A DNA stretch of 64,000 nt from positions 64,001-128,000 of the forward strand of contig CAVWIH010000033.1 of NCBI GenBank assembly GCA_963755025.1. The letters are read 5' to 3'. Of this stretch, positions 39,735 to 51,062 are shown one piece after another (position 1 is the first letter of the stretch; every line of letters begins with the position of its first letter). Below the pieces are notes generated by a model, which was not told the origin of the DNA, made no database searches, and saw only the letters and a program-made list of their open reading frames with translations. The position numbers were made by a program, and so were the translations under genes. The DNA is from an uncultured Actinomycetes bacterium. GTDB taxonomy: Bacteria > Actinomycetota > Thermoleophilia > UBA2241.

Positions 39735-40391
39735 GTGGACATCTCGCGTCGTCAGGCTTACATCTACGTCGGTCTGGCTCTCGTGGTCGCCGCGCTGGGC
39801 GCGCGCTACCTGTTCTCGTCGCACGGCACGACGCCCGCGGGCGGGCAGTCCCTTGCCGGCCTCGCCACCTACGCCTCGAGCGCTTCGGCCTCGCCGAGCC
39901 CGTACGCCTCATCCACACCCCAGGAGCTCGTGGTCTACGTGTGCGGCGCGGTCCGCCGGCCGGGGGTCTACCACCTCGCGCCTGGGGCGCGCATCGCCGA
40001 CCTGCTCAGCGTGGCCGGCGGCTCCACGGCCAAGGCCGAGCTGCAGGCGGTCAACCTGGCCGCCAAGCTCACCGACGGCCAGCAGGTCGTGGTGCCCGAG
40101 CGCGGCGCCACCGCCGTCGCGGCGGCCGGCGACACGTCCGGTGCGAGCGGCACGAGCGGCACGACGGTGTCGGGCACGTCGGGCTCCGCCGGCGTGTCCG
40201 CCCCGGTCAACCTGAACACGGCCACTGAAGCCGAGCTCGACGCCCTGCCCGGCGTCGGTCCGGCCACCGCGCAGAAGATCATCGACTACCGCACGGCCAA
40301 CGGCGGCTTCAAGAGCGTCGACGACTTGAAGAACGTGTCGGGCATCGGCGACGCCAAGTTCGCCACGCTGCAGCCGCTCGTCACGGTGTAG
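39735..40391 (+). CDS. comEA: Competence DNA receptor ComEA
   Basis: TM, SLBB (VYVCGAVRRPGVY) and HhH (VNLNTATEAELDALPGVGP...GIG). Confidence 0.93.
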   Translation: MDISRRQAYIYVGLALVVAALGARYLFSSHGTTPAGGQSLAGLATYASSASASPSPYASSTPQELVVYVCGAVRRPGVYHLAPGARIADLLSVAGGSTAKAELQAVNLAAKLTDGQQVVVPERGATAVAAAGDTSGASGTSGTTVSGTSGSAGVSAPVNLNTATEAELDALPGVGPATAQKIIDYRTANGGFKSVDDLKNVSGIGDAKFATLQPLVTV

Positions 40392-40405
40392 ACGCGGCCG
40401 TCGCC

Positions 40406-42980
40406 GTGCGGGCGCCGCCCACCGCCTACTCGCTGCTCGTCGCCTATGTAGCGGGCCTGCTCGGCGCGCTCGCCTGGCGGCCGTCGCCGGCGGCCACCGT
40501 CGCGCTGCTCGGTGTCGGTACGGCCTGGGCGCTCCTGCGGCTGGCTTCGGCGAGCGAGCCGCCCGCCCGACCAACGCCGGCAGAGGTAGAGTCGTCGGCT
40601 CCGGTCGGGCGTGGCCTGCCGACGCCGGCCGGGCGCACGACGTCAGGTCCGGCCGAGCGCAGCCCGTGGCCGTTGGCCCGTCGTCGCGGTGTCCAGGTCA
40701 CGGCCTGGCGCCGCCGCTTGCGCGCTTCGGCCGCGGTCGCCCTGGCGCCGCTCGTCGTGGCCGCCGGCCTCGTCGTGGGCGCCGCGCGCCTCGACGCGCA
40801 GGCGCAGAGCCATCTCACCCGCTTCGTCGGTCACACGGTCACGTTGCAGGCGACGGCGCTCACGCTGCCCAAGACCGGCGACGAGCGCGTCTCGCTCGAC
40901 GTCAAGGTCACCGCGGTCGACGGCGTCGCGGTCGCCGAGCGGGCGCCGCTCACGCTCGACCTGGGCGGCGCGCCGGCGCCGGCCTTCACCTCGCTCGGGC
41001 CGCTCGTCGAAGGCACGCGCCTGCGCCTGCCGGCGGCGCAGGTCGAAGCGCTGCCGCAGCCCAAGCCGGGCGAGTTCGACTACGGGCGCTACCTCGAGCG
41101 GCGCGGCGAGCACGTCGTGCTCGCCGCGCCGCTCGCCACGCTGCGCCTCACCGGCCGCCGCGGCGGCCTGGGTGGCCTTGTCGACCGCCTGCGCCTCGCG
41201 GCCCGCAGCCACATCCGCCGCGGCCTGCGCTCGCCGGTACGCGAGGTGCTCGAGGCGATGGTGCTCGGCGACCAGCAGGCGGTGCCCACCGGCCCCGTCA
41301 ACGACATGCGGCGCAGCGGGCTGCTCCACATTCTCGCGGTGTCGGGCGAGAACGTCGTGCTGCTCTGCACCATGGGCTCGTTCGTGCTCACCCTGGCGGG
41401 CGTGCGCCGCGGCCTGCGCTCGCTGATCCTCATCCCCTCGGTCGTGCTCTATGTGGTGGTCACCGGGGCGACGCCCTCGATCGTGCGCGCCGGGGTGTCG
41501 GGCGTGGTCGCCCTGCTCGCCAACCTCACTTCACGGCCCACCGACGGCTGGTTTCTGTGGCTCGTGCCGGGGGCGTTCATGCTCACGCGCAGCCCCGCGG
41601 TCGTCTACGACGTCAGCTTTCAGCTCTCGTTCGCGGCGGTCGCCGGCTTGCTGCTGCTGGGCCGGCCGCTCACGCGCGCGCTGGCTTTCGCGCCGCGCTT
41701 TCTGGGCGAGCCGGCAGCCATCACCACGGCCGCCAGCCTCTCCACGGCGCCGGTCTCCATGGCGACCTTCGGCCAGGCGTCGCTGGTGGCCGTGCCGGCG
41801 AACATCGTCGGCGGCTTCGTGCTGGGGCCCATCATGTTCCTCGGCATGCTCAGCGTGTTCGTAGGCTTCGCCTGGCCCGGCCTGTCGGCGCCGCTCAACG
41901 TGGTGGCCGGGCTGTTCACCGGCTTTCTGCTGACCGTCGCCGCCTGGTTCGGCCACCCTTCGTTCGCCGTCTACCGCTGGCAGGGGCTCACGCTCGGCTT
42001 TCTGCTCGCCGCGCTGCTCGGGGGCGGCTTCGTCGCGGTCGCGCTGCTGGCTCACCGCGCCGGGCAGTCGCTGCGCGAGTACGCGCGTCCCACGCGGCGC
42101 CGCGGCCGCATCGCCGTCGCCGCCGTCGTGCTCGTGGCACTCGCCCTGGCCCTGGCCCCGGCGCGCCCGGCGGCGCCCACGCGGCCCACGCTCACCGTGC
42201 TCAGCGTGGGCGAGGGCGCCGCCGCCCTGCTGCAGGAGCCCGGCGGCCCCACCGTGCTGATCGACGCCGGACCCACGCCGCTGGCCGCCTGCCTGCGCCG
42301 CCACGGCGTGCGCCGCATCGACCTGCTCGTGCTCTCGCACGGCCACGCCGACCACACCGCCGGCCTCTCCGACGTGCTCGGCCAGATCCCCATCACGCTG
42401 GCGCTGGTGCCGCAGCCGGTGGTGGCGTCGGCCGCTCTCGACCACGTCGTCGCCGAGCTGCGCGCGGCGCGCGTACCGGTGCGCGCCTGCACGGCGCGCC
42501 TGTCGCTCGCCATCGGCGACGGCCGCCTGAGCGTGGTGCCCACCGGCACGCCGGGCGGCGCCGACAACCAGGACGAGAACGACTGCGCCCTGGTGGTCGT
42601 CGTCACGCTCGACGGCGACAGCGTGCTGCTGCCCGGCGACGCCGAAGCCGAGGCGCTCGAACCGCTCCACCTGGGCCCCATCGCGATCGTCGAGCTGCCC
42701 CACCACGGCTCGAGCGGCGGGCTCACCGACCGCCTGCTGGCCGAGTACCGGCCGCGCCTCGCGGTCGTCTCTGTCGGACCCGAACAAGTTCGGCCACCCC
42801 ACGGCGTCGATGCTGGCGCTCATGGCCGACCACGGCGTGCCGCTGCTGCGCACCGACTTCAGCGGCGACATCACCCTGACCGCCGGCCCGGCCGGCCTCG
42901 CCGTGGCGGCCGCACACCCGGGGCGCGCGCTCACGGCGGCGCACGCCGGGCGCGCCCTGGCGGCGGCGCGCTCGCCGTGA
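40406..42980 (+). CDS. comEC: Competence channel ComEC (frameshift near 42782)
   Basis: FDYGRYL, HILAVSG, FQLSFAA, SHGHADH and HHGS; shifted frame NKFGHP...LRTD. Confidence 0.92.
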
Positions 42981-43262
42981 AGAGGGAAGAGGGCTACAAC
43001 TCGCAGCGCGCTAAGAGCCAGACCGCCGCCGCCAGCAAGGCGGCGGCCGCGAGGGCGGTCGGTGGTGGCGAGCGGCCACAGCGGGGCGACGTCGCGGCCT
43101 CGCAGGGCGGCGCCGTTGGCCGCCATCAGGCCGGCCGGGCTGTGGTCGCGAATGAGCGGCAAGCCGGTCAAGAGGAGCGGGCCGATCCGCCTGGCGCCGG
43201 CCCCGCGGACTCTGGCGCCCGGGCCGTCGCGCCGACGGTGGTGCTATCCTATCGGGGCTCCC

Positions 43263-44249
43263 ATGGACGAACTGCCCGACCTCAAACCCGCTTACCTGAT
43301 CTGCGGCACCGACCAACCCAAGGTGCGGCGCAGCGCGGCGCGCCTGCGCAAGCGCGTCTTCGACCAGACGGCCAGCGACCTGAACGTCACCCTGTTCGAC
43401 GCACGCAGCCACACCGTCGCCGACGTGCTGCAGGCCGCCGACACGGCCACCTTCACCTTCGGCACGCGCCTGCTGCTGGTGAGCGGCGCCGACGCCTGGA
43501 AGGCCGCCGACCGCGACCGCGTCGCCGAGTACCTGGCCGACCCCGTGCCCGGCGTCTGCATAGCGCTGGTGGGCGAGACGTTCCGCAAGACCGAACGCCT
43601 CGCCAAGCTCCTCGAAAAGGGCGGCCAGGTGCTGCGCTACGACCTGCCCAAGCGCCAGTCCGACGTGGCCGAATGGGCGCGGCAGCGCGCTCGCGCGCGC
43701 GGCGCGCACCTGGGCCTGCACGAGGCTCGCCACCTGGTCTCCCAGGTGGGCGCCGACCCCGACCTGCTCGAAAACGAGGTCGCCAAGCTGGCCGCCTATG
43801 CGCTGGGCCGGTCGATCACCGCCGACGACATCGACCAGGTGTGTTCGCCCACGCTCGACGCTCGCATCTACGAGCTCACCGACGCGGTCGGCAAGCGCGA
43901 CGCTCCGGCCGCCTTTCGGGTGCTCGAGGGGCTGCTCGCGTCGGGCGGCAAGAGCTCGGGCGAGATCGCGCGCTCCACGCTGTTCAGCCTGGTGCGCTAC
44001 ATCGGCCAGCTATCGAGTGTGATGGACCTGCCCCACGAGATGCCGTCGGCCGAGGTCGCCGCCACGCTGGGCATCAAGCCCTACACGGCGCAGAAGCTGC
44101 TCGAGCAGCGCGCGCGCTTTGAGCGGCGCACCATCGAGCGCGCCCTGGCGGCGCTGGCCGACGCCCAGGCGGCGATGGTGGGCGGCAGCGAGCTCGACGC
44201 CGAGTTCAGCCTGGAGCTGGCTCTGGGACGAGTGCTGGCGAAGCGCTAG
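43263..44249 (+). CDS. holA: DNA polymerase III delta subunit
   Basis: KPAYLICG and LENEVAKL motifs; comEC-holA-rpsT synteny. Confidence 0.9.
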   Translation: MDELPDLKPAYLICGTDQPKVRRSAARLRKRVFDQTASDLNVTLFDARSHTVADVLQAADTATFTFGTRLLLVSGADAWKAADRDRVAEYLADPVPGVCIALVGETFRKTERLAKLLEKGGQVLRYDLPKRQSDVAEWARQRARARGAHLGLHEARHLVSQVGADPDLLENEVAKLAAYALGRSITADDIDQVCSPTLDARIYELTDAVGKRDAPAAFRVLEGLLASGGKSSGEIARSTLFSLVRYIGQLSSVMDLPHEMPSAEVAATLGIKPYTAQKLLEQRARFERRTIERALAALADAQAAMVGGSELDAEFSLELALGRVLAKR

Positions 44250-44407
44250 CGGCGACCGGCACGTGCCGTTCGCGTGGTGCGCGAGGCGCTAGCGGCGATC
44301 GAGGGACGACGCGTACGCGAAACGCCGGCAAACGACCGGCGCGCGGCGTGGCAGAAGAAGGCCCGCGAGCGTGCCTGCGGGCCGGGGGGAGTGCGTAGGA
44401 GCCGCCG

Positions 44408-44674
44408 TCAGGCGGTGTGGCCGGCGACCATGCGCGCGACGCGGCTCTGCTTGCGAGCTGCGTTGTTGGCATGGATGACGCCCTTGGCGGCAGCCTTGTC
44501 GATGCTCGAGGCGAGCTGCGTGGCGACTGCTGCCGTGGCCGCTTTGTCGTCGGCGGCGAGGCTGGCTTCGAGCTTGTGGAACAGAGTGCGTATGCTCGAC
44601 TTGACCTGCCGGTTACGCAACCGCTGCTGGGCGGCCAGGCGCATGCGCTTCTTCTGCTGCTTGATCTGGGGCAC
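44408..44674 (-). CDS. rpsT: 30S ribosomal protein S20
   Basis: IKQQKKRMR...RNRQVKS...IDKAAAKGVIHANNAARKQSR. Confidence 0.97.
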   Translation of the reverse strand: MPQIKQQKKRMRLAAQQRLRNRQVKSSIRTLFHKLEASLAADDKAATAAVATQLASSIDKAAAKGVIHANNAARKQSRVARMVAGHTA

Positions 44675-45003
44675 GTCGATCCTTCGTGGTCGAGGCTTTC
44701 AGCTGCTCGCTTCATGCGAGCCGAGCGTGTGATGCTAGCACAGCCGCCGCGAGCCGGGCAAGTTCCGCGGTCTGTTACACTGAATCGCTGTTTTGCCCGC
44801 CGGGCGGCGCCTTCATGCCTGCCGCGTGACGGCGCCCGCTAACCTCGTGCGCGACGCGCGACCGAAAGGCACGGCCGCCCTTCCGACGAACTAGTGGAGC
44901 GTCACGACGTCGCCACGACGTGCGACCGGCGCGTCGCGACCTCGTCATGGCCGGCGCCGCCGGCCGCGGCGCATACGGACATCGATCGAAAAGTGCAGGC
45001 TGC

Positions 45004-46605
45004 GTGACTGAACGACAGAAGAAGCTCGCCTGGGCGGCCGTGGTGGTGGCCCTGGCGACCGGCATCTCGAGGGTGGTCGGGGTCGCTCGCGAGATCCTCA
45101 CGGCGAACGCCTTCGGCGTGAGCGTGCAGCTGAACACCTTCGCGTCGGTCGCCGTCATCCCCAACCTTATCCGCCAGCTCGTCGCCGACGCCGCCGTGAG
45201 CGCCGCCTTCGTACCGGTCTTCACCGGCCTCTTCGCGAAGGGCGAGCGCGAACGCGCCTACAAGCTGGCTTCGTCGCTGCTCAGCTTCATGGTCGTCGTC
45301 GTCGGCACGGTGACGCTGGTGCTCATGCTGGGCGCGCCGCTGCTCGTGAAGATCTTCTTCCCGCAGTTCGCCGGTCAGCCCTACATCAGCCACCTCGCCG
45401 TCGACATGCTGCGCATCCTGCTGCCCACCGTGCTGCTGTTCAGCGTCTCGGGTGTGGTGATCGGCGTGCTCTACTCGTACGAGCGCTTCACCATGCCGGC
45501 GGTCGTGTCGATCGTCTGGAACCTCGTCATCATCGCCTTCATCGTGTTCTTCTCGGCGCCCGGCAGGCTGGGCATCTACGCCCTGGTCTGGGGCACCTTC
45601 TTCGGCACCGTCGCCCAGCTCCTGCTGCTCATACCGTCGCTGCGGCGCGTCGACCTCAAGTGGCGCGTGAGCTTTGCCTGGCGCGACCCGCTGCTGCGCC
45701 GCGTGCTGCTGCTCATGGTGCCGGTCACGATCACCCTCGGCATCCTCAACTTCAACGCCCTCATCGACTTCTTCTTCGCGCAGTTCGTGAGCGACCACGC
45801 CGCCGCCCAGATCAACTACGCCTTCCGCCTCTACCAGCTGCCGCAGGGCATGTTCGCCATCACCATCGGCACCGTGCTGTTCCCGACCCTGTCGCGCTAC
45901 GCCGCCGACAACGACATGGACAGCTTTCGCGAGACCCTGTCGATGGGCGTGCGGCAGATCTTCTTCGTCTCGCTGCCGTTCGTGGCCTGGTTCGTGGTGG
46001 TGCCGCACTCGATCGTGCAGCTCATCTACCAGCACGGCCAGTTCGTGCCCGCCGACACCGCGGCGGTGGCGCCCATCCTCGCCTTCTTCACGCTCGGCAT
46101 GGCCTTCGCCAACGTGAACGTCATGTTCAACCGCGGCTTTCAGAGCATGCAGCGCCCCTGGCTGCCGCTCTACGTGGGCATCGTCAACCTCGTCTTGAAC
46201 GCCCTGCTCGACTGGGTGCTCTACAAGCCGCTCGGCGCGCGCGGCATCGTGCTCTCCACCTCGATCGTGTCGGCCTTCAACTTCGTCGCGCTGCTCGTGC
46301 TCATGCGTCGCCAGATCGACTCGGTCGACGGGCGCCGCATACTCGTGAGCCTGGGGAAGATACTGACCTGCTCGGCGGCGCTCGCGGCGGTGAGCTGGGG
46401 CCTGTGGCACGGGCTGCGCTCCTTTGCCGACAGCGGACTCGTGCCGCTGATCCTCGTGGTGGGCGCTGTGTTCGGCGCCGGCGGCCTCGTCTACCTGGGG
46501 GCGGCCAAGCTGCTGCGGGTCGAGGAGCTGTCGGTCGTCAACCTGCTGATGCGGCGCGGGCGCAAACGCGTAGTGCCGCCGGCCGAGACCGAGCAGGTGC
46601 CGTGA
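45004..46605 (+). CDS. murJ: Lipid II flippase MurJ (MviN)
   Basis: SRVVGVARE, IPNLIR, SAAFVPVF and RLYQLPQG; many TM helices. Confidence 0.93.
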   Translation: MTERQKKLAWAAVVVALATGISRVVGVAREILTANAFGVSVQLNTFASVAVIPNLIRQLVADAAVSAAFVPVFTGLFAKGERERAYKLASSLLSFMVVVVGTVTLVLMLGAPLLVKIFFPQFAGQPYISHLAVDMLRILLPTVLLFSVSGVVIGVLYSYERFTMPAVVSIVWNLVIIAFIVFFSAPGRLGIYALVWGTFFGTVAQLLLLIPSLRRVDLKWRVSFAWRDPLLRRVLLLMVPVTITLGILNFNALIDFFFAQFVSDHAAAQINYAFRLYQLPQGMFAITIGTVLFPTLSRYAADNDMDSFRETLSMGVRQIFFVSLPFVAWFVVVPHSIVQLIYQHGQFVPADTAAVAPILAFFTLGMAFANVNVMFNRGFQSMQRPWLPLYVGIVNLVLNALLDWVLYKPLGARGIVLSTSIVSAFNFVALLVLMRRQIDSVDGRRILVSLGKILTCSAALAAVSWGLWHGLRSFADSGLVPLILVVGAVFGAGGLVYLGAAKLLRVEELSVVNLLMRRGRKRVVPPAETEQVP

Positions 46606-46705
46606 GCGGCGCCCCCGGCCAGGCAGGCCACGCCGCGGCGGCCGGCGCCGTGAGCGGCGCTCCCGGCTACCGGGGCCGCGCCGCGGCAGCCGCCGCCGTG
46701 AGCTT
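46599..46705. repeat. Degenerate 48-bp tandem repeat after murJ
   Basis: GCCGTGAGC recurs at 46599, 46647 and 46695 with similar units between. Confidence 0.65.
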
Positions 46706-46776
46706 GGGACTCGGCCACCAAGGCCGCGCCGCGAGAACGGGCGTCGACCCTGACCTTCCGCTAGTGTAAGGCTGCA

Positions 46777-48594
46777 ATGGACCTCGACCACATCCGCAAC
46801 TTCTCGATCATCGCCCACATCGACCACGGCAAGTCGACGCTGGCCGACCGCATCCTCGAGCTCACCGGCACCGTGACGGCGCGCGACATGAAAGAGCAGC
46901 TCCTCGACTCCATGGACCTCGAGCGCGAGCGCGGCATCACGATCAAGGCGCAGGCCGTGCGCATCGACTACCAGGCGCGCGACGGGCAGACCTACCAGCT
47001 CAACCTGATCGACACCCCCGGCCACGTCGACTTCACCTACGAGGTCTCGCGCTCGCTGGCCGCCTGCGAGAGCGCCGTGCTCGTGGTCGACACCACCCAG
47101 GGCGTCGAGGCGCAGACCGTGGCCAACGCCTACCTTGCCATCGACAACGACCTCGAGATCATCCCCGTGCTCAACAAGATCGACCTGCCCGCCTCAGACG
47201 TGGCCGAGACCGAGCTCGAGGTCCACGAGCTCACCGGCGCCACCCACGACGAGCTGCTCACCATCTCGGCCAAGACCGGCGTCGGCGTCGAAGAGGTGCT
47301 CGAGGCCGTGGTGGCGCGCACGCCGCGCCCCGGCGGCGACCCCGACGCGCCCTCGCGGGCGCTGGTGTTCGACTCGCAATACGACCAGTACCGCGGCGTG
47401 GTCGCCTACGTGCGCGTGGTCGACGGCTCGTTCGCGCGTCGCGAGATGGTGCAGATGATGGGCACCGGCCAGAAGGTCGAGGTCGAGGAGCTCGGCTACT
47501 TCGGCCCCGAGATGGTGGCCATGCCGCGCCTCGAGACCGGCGAGGTCGGCTACATCATCACGGGCGTCAAAGAGGTCGCCCAGGTGCGCGTGGGCGACAC
47601 CATCACGGCCCTCAAGCGCCCCGCCGAGCACGCCCTGCCCGGCTACAAGGTCGTGCACCCCATGGTCTTCTGCGGCTTATTCCCGACCGAGGGCGACAAG
47701 TTCGGCGAGCTGCGCGACGCCCTCGAGAAGCTCACCCTGAACGACGCCGCCCTGTCGTGGGAGCCCGAGACCAGCCAGGCCCTGGGCTTCGGATTCCGCT
47801 GCGGCTTTCTGGGTCTGCTCCACATGGACATCGTGCGCGAGCGCCTGGAGCGCGAGTACGACCTCGAGCTGATCACCACCACGCCCAACGTCGAGTACCA
47901 CGTCTATCAGACCGACGGGTCCATGGTGCCGGTGCGCAACCCCGCCGACATGCCCGACGTGCAGCGCATCGACCACGTCGAGGAGCCCTACGTGGCGGCC
48001 TCGGTCATCTTGCCCGCCGAGTTCGTGGGCACCGTCATGGAGCTCTGCCAGGGGCGGCGCTCCGACTTCGTCGACATGAAGTACCTCTCGCCCGAGCGCG
48101 TCGAGATGCACTACCAGCTGCCGCTCGGCGAGATCGTCATCGACTTCTTCGACCAGTTGAAGAGCCGCACGCGCGGCTACGCCTCGCTCGACTACGAGTT
48201 CTCGGCCTACCGCAACGGCGACCTCGTGAAGCTCGACATCCTGCTGGCCGGCGAGCCGGTCGACGCCCTCTCGCTGATCGTGCCGCGCGAGCGCGCGGCG
48301 GTGCGCGGCCGGGCGCTGGTCGAGAAGCTGCGCCAGAAGATCCCACGGCAGATGTTCGAGGTCGCCATCCAGGCGGCCATCGGCGCCCGGGTCGTGGCTC
48401 GCGAGACCGTCAAGGCGCACCGCAAAGACGTGATCGCCAAGTGCTACGGCGGCGACATCAGCCGCAAGCGCAAGCTCCTCGAAAAGCAGAAAGAGGGCAA
48501 GAAGCGCATGAAGCAGATCGGCGTCATCGAGGTGCCCCAAGACGCCTTCTTGGCCGTGCTCGAGCTCGACTCCGAGGGCAAGGACAAGGGATGA
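46777..48594 (+). CDS. lepA: Elongation factor 4
   Basis: [33 protein letters not shown] and [14 protein letters not shown]. Confidence 0.98.
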   Translation: MDLDHIRNFSIIAHIDHGKSTLADRILELTGTVTARDMKEQLLDSMDLERERGITIKAQAVRIDYQARDGQTYQLNLIDTPGHVDFTYEVSRSLAACESAVLVVDTTQGVEAQTVANAYLAIDNDLEIIPVLNKIDLPASDVAETELEVHELTGATHDELLTISAKTGVGVEEVLEAVVARTPRPGGDPDAPSRALVFDSQYDQYRGVVAYVRVVDGSFARREMVQMMGTGQKVEVEELGYFGPEMVAMPRLETGEVGYIITGVKEVAQVRVGDTITALKRPAEHALPGYKVVHPMVFCGLFPTEGDKFGELRDALEKLTLNDAALSWEPETSQALGFGFRCGFLGLLHMDIVRERLEREYDLELITTTPNVEYHVYQTDGSMVPVRNPADMPDVQRIDHVEEPYVAASVILPAEFVGTVMELCQGRRSDFVDMKYLSPERVEMHYQLPLGEIVIDFFDQLKSRTRGYASLDYEFSAYRNGDLVKLDILLAGEPVDALSLIVPRERAAVRGRALVEKLRQKIPRQMFEVAIQAAIGARVVARETVKAHRKDVIAKCYGGDISRKRKLLEKQKEGKKRMKQIGVIEVPQDAFLAVLELDSEGKDKG

Positions 48595-50045
48595 ACGTGG
48601 CGGCCGGCGCGGGGCGGGGGCGGCGGGACGCCGCCCCCGCCCCGCGCCACCTCTACGTGCACGTGCCGTTCTGCGCCGTGCGCTGCGACTACTGCGAGTT
48701 CTACTCGGTGCCGCTCGGCGCCGCCGGCGAGCGCCCCACGCCGCCCGTGCCGCTCGCGCCCTCGGCCGTCGAGCCACGCCCGGCGCCCGGCGCCGCCCCG
48801 GCGTCCGCTTCGCCGCCGCCCTCCGCCGACGACCGCGAGGCGCTGCTCGACCGCTTCGTGGCGGCCCTCGCCGCCGAGTGGGAACACGAGCGCGCCGCCC
48901 TGGGCATCGAACGCCTCGAGAGCGTCTTCGTGGGCGGCGGCACGCCGTCGCTGCTGGGCTGGGAGCGGCTCGAGCGGCTCCTCGAGCCGCTCGAGCCGCT
49001 CCTCACGCCGCGCGCCGAGATCACCCTCGAGACCAACCCCGGCGACGTGAGCGACACCTTCGCCGCCTGGGCGGCCGAGCGGCGCCTGCGTGTCTCGCTC
49101 GGCGTGCAGAGCTTCGACGCCCGCCGGCGGGCCGCGCTCGGGCGACACGCCTCCGCCGATCCCGAGACGGCCTTCGCCACCCTGCGGCGCGCCGGCGTCG
49201 GTGCAGCCGTGGCGTCGGTGCCCGCCGCCGGCGCCCGGGGCGGCGCCAGGCGGCGCTCCAGCGCCGCCGCGCGCCGCCCGGGGGCGCCCGGCCTGGGCAT
49301 CGACCTCATCTTCGGCCTGCCGGGGCAGCGCCTGAGCGACCTCGACGCCGAGCTCGCCGTCGTGGCCCGCCTGCGACCCGACCACGTCTCGTGGTACGAG
49401 CTCGGCATCGTGGCGGGCAGCGCCCTCGCCGCGCGCGTCATGCCGGGCGGGCCGGCCGCCGAAGCGTCGCAGGGCGGGGCGCCCGCTCACGGCGCGCCGG
49501 GCGCCGCGTCGCCGGTCGCGAGGCGTGCCGCCGCCGAGCTGCCCGACGACGACACGGTGGCCGAGATGTTCCGGCGCATCGTGACGGGCCTGGGCAGGCT
49601 CGGCTACGAGTGGTACGAGGTGAGCAACTTCGCCCAGCCCGGGCACCGCTGCTGCCACAACAGCGCGGTCTGGCGCGGGCACGACTACCTGGGCATCGGG
49701 CCCGGGGCGGTGGGCACCGTGGCCGGCCTGCGGCGCCGCGACGTGCCCGACGTCGCGGCCTGGCTCGGGGCGCTCGAAGGCGGCGTCGAGCCCGCCCGCG
49801 AGCGCGAGCTCTTAGACGGCGCGACGCGCGCTCGCGAGCGCCTTCTGCTGGCCGCGCGCACGGGCGAACGCGTGCCTCTGGCCGACCTCGCCGGCGTCAT
49901 CGACGAGGGCGCCCTGCCGGCGCTCGCCGGAGCTGGATTGGTCTCGCTCACAGGTGGTACACTCCGGGTGACGCGAAAGGGGCGGTACGTGGCCAACGGG
50001 GTCTGCGTGCGCCTGTTTCGCGATTCTTCGTTTCTGGAGGCATGA
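48591..50045 (+). CDS. hemW: Radical SAM heme chaperone HemW
   Basis: [35 protein letters not shown] and YLGIGPGA. Confidence 0.92.
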   Translation: MNVAAGAGRGRRDAAPAPRHLYVHVPFCAVRCDYCEFYSVPLGAAGERPTPPVPLAPSAVEPRPAPGAAPASASPPPSADDREALLDRFVAALAAEWEHERAALGIERLESVFVGGGTPSLLGWERLERLLEPLEPLLTPRAEITLETNPGDVSDTFAAWAAERRLRVSLGVQSFDARRRAALGRHASADPETAFATLRRAGVGAAVASVPAAGARGGARRRSSAAARRPGAPGLGIDLIFGLPGQRLSDLDAELAVVARLRPDHVSWYELGIVAGSALAARVMPGGPAAEASQGGAPAHGAPGAASPVARRAAAELPDDDTVAEMFRRIVTGLGRLGYEWYEVSNFAQPGHRCCHNSAVWRGHDYLGIGPGAVGTVAGLRRRDVPDVAAWLGALEGGVEPARERELLDGATRARERLLLAARTGERVPLADLAGVIDEGALPALAGAGLVSLTGGTLRVTRKGRYVANGVCVRLFRDSSFLEA

Positions 50046-51062
50046 GTGGCTCTGACGCCCAGACAGGAGCTGGTCCTGGGAGCGGTGGTCGAGGAGTTCA
50101 TCGCCTCGGGCTCGCCGATCGGGTCTAAGCTCCTGTTCGAGTCGCATACGTTCGGCATCGCGTCCTCGACCATCCGCAACGACCTCGCGGCCCTCGAGGA
50201 CCTCGGCCTGCTCGATCACCCGCACACCTCGGCGGGCCGCGTGCCCACCGACACCGGCTACCGCTACTACGTCGACACCATCGTCAAGGAGCATCACGAC
50301 CCCTCCGCGCTGCCGCTCGACCCCGCGGCCGCGCGCAGCGAGATCGACGACGCCCTCGAAGAGACCGCCGAGGCGCTCTCGCGGGCGACCGAGCTGCTGG
50401 CCATTGTGTCGGCGCCGTCGCTCGCCACCACCGCCATCCGCCACATCGAGGTGCTCTCGCTGCAGCCGCACGTGGTCATGGTCGTCGTCATCACCACCAC
50501 GGGCAGCGTGACCAAGCGCGTCTTTCGCGTGGAGCGCCCCATCGACGAAGGGCTCGCCGACTTCGCCCGCGTCTACCTGAACGAGCGCCTCACCGGCAAA
50601 CAGATCGGCACGCGGGCCATCGACTCGGCCTTCATGAGCAGCGAGCTGGGCCCCAAAGAACGCGCCTTTCTGAGCGCCCTGCGGCCCGCCTTCGAGATCG
50701 TCGTCGACAACGACCCCGGCGGCCTGCACCTGGGCGGCACGGCGCGCCTGATCGAGCGCCTGAGCCAGCAGGGCGCCAGCCACCTGAACGACATCGTCGC
50801 CCTGCTCGAAGAACGCTACAACCTGCTGCGCCTGCTGGCCGAGGCCCTGCACGGCCCCGACCTGTACCTGCGCATCGGCCGCGAGCTGGGCGATCCGTCG
50901 CTGCAGGCCTGCTCGCTCGTGGCCGCCACCTATGGAGTGGCCAACCGCAATCTCGGCACCGTGAGCGTCCTGGGCCCGACACGCATGGACTATCACACCG
51001 CCATCTCCGCCGTACGCGGCGCCGCGGCCACGCTCAGCTCACTGCTCGAGGAGACCTGGTAG
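50046..51062 (+). CDS. hrcA: Heat-inducible repressor HrcA
   Basis: SSTIRNDL..LE, HTSAGRVPTD.GYRYYVD and GPTRMDY. Confidence 0.96.
   Translation: MALTPRQELVLGAVVEEFIASGSPIGSKLLFESHTFGIASSTIRNDLAALEDLGLLDHPHTSAGRVPTDTGYRYYVDTIVKEHHDPSALPLDPAAARSEIDDALEETAEALSRATELLAIVSAPSLATTAIRHIEVLSLQPHVVMVVVITTTGSVTKRVFRVERPIDEGLADFARVYLNERLTGKQIGTRAIDSAFMSSELGPKERAFLSALRPAFEIVVDNDPGGLHLGGTARLIERLSQQGASHLNDIVALLEERYNLLRLLAEALHGPDLYLRIGRELGDPSLQACSLVAATYGVANRNLGTVSVLGPTRMDYHTAISAVRGAAATLSSLLEETW

Noticed and set aside
40406-44122. 1238-aa giant ComEC
   Set aside because: A frameshift near 42782 causes read-through; ComEC ends at about 42980 and holA is separate
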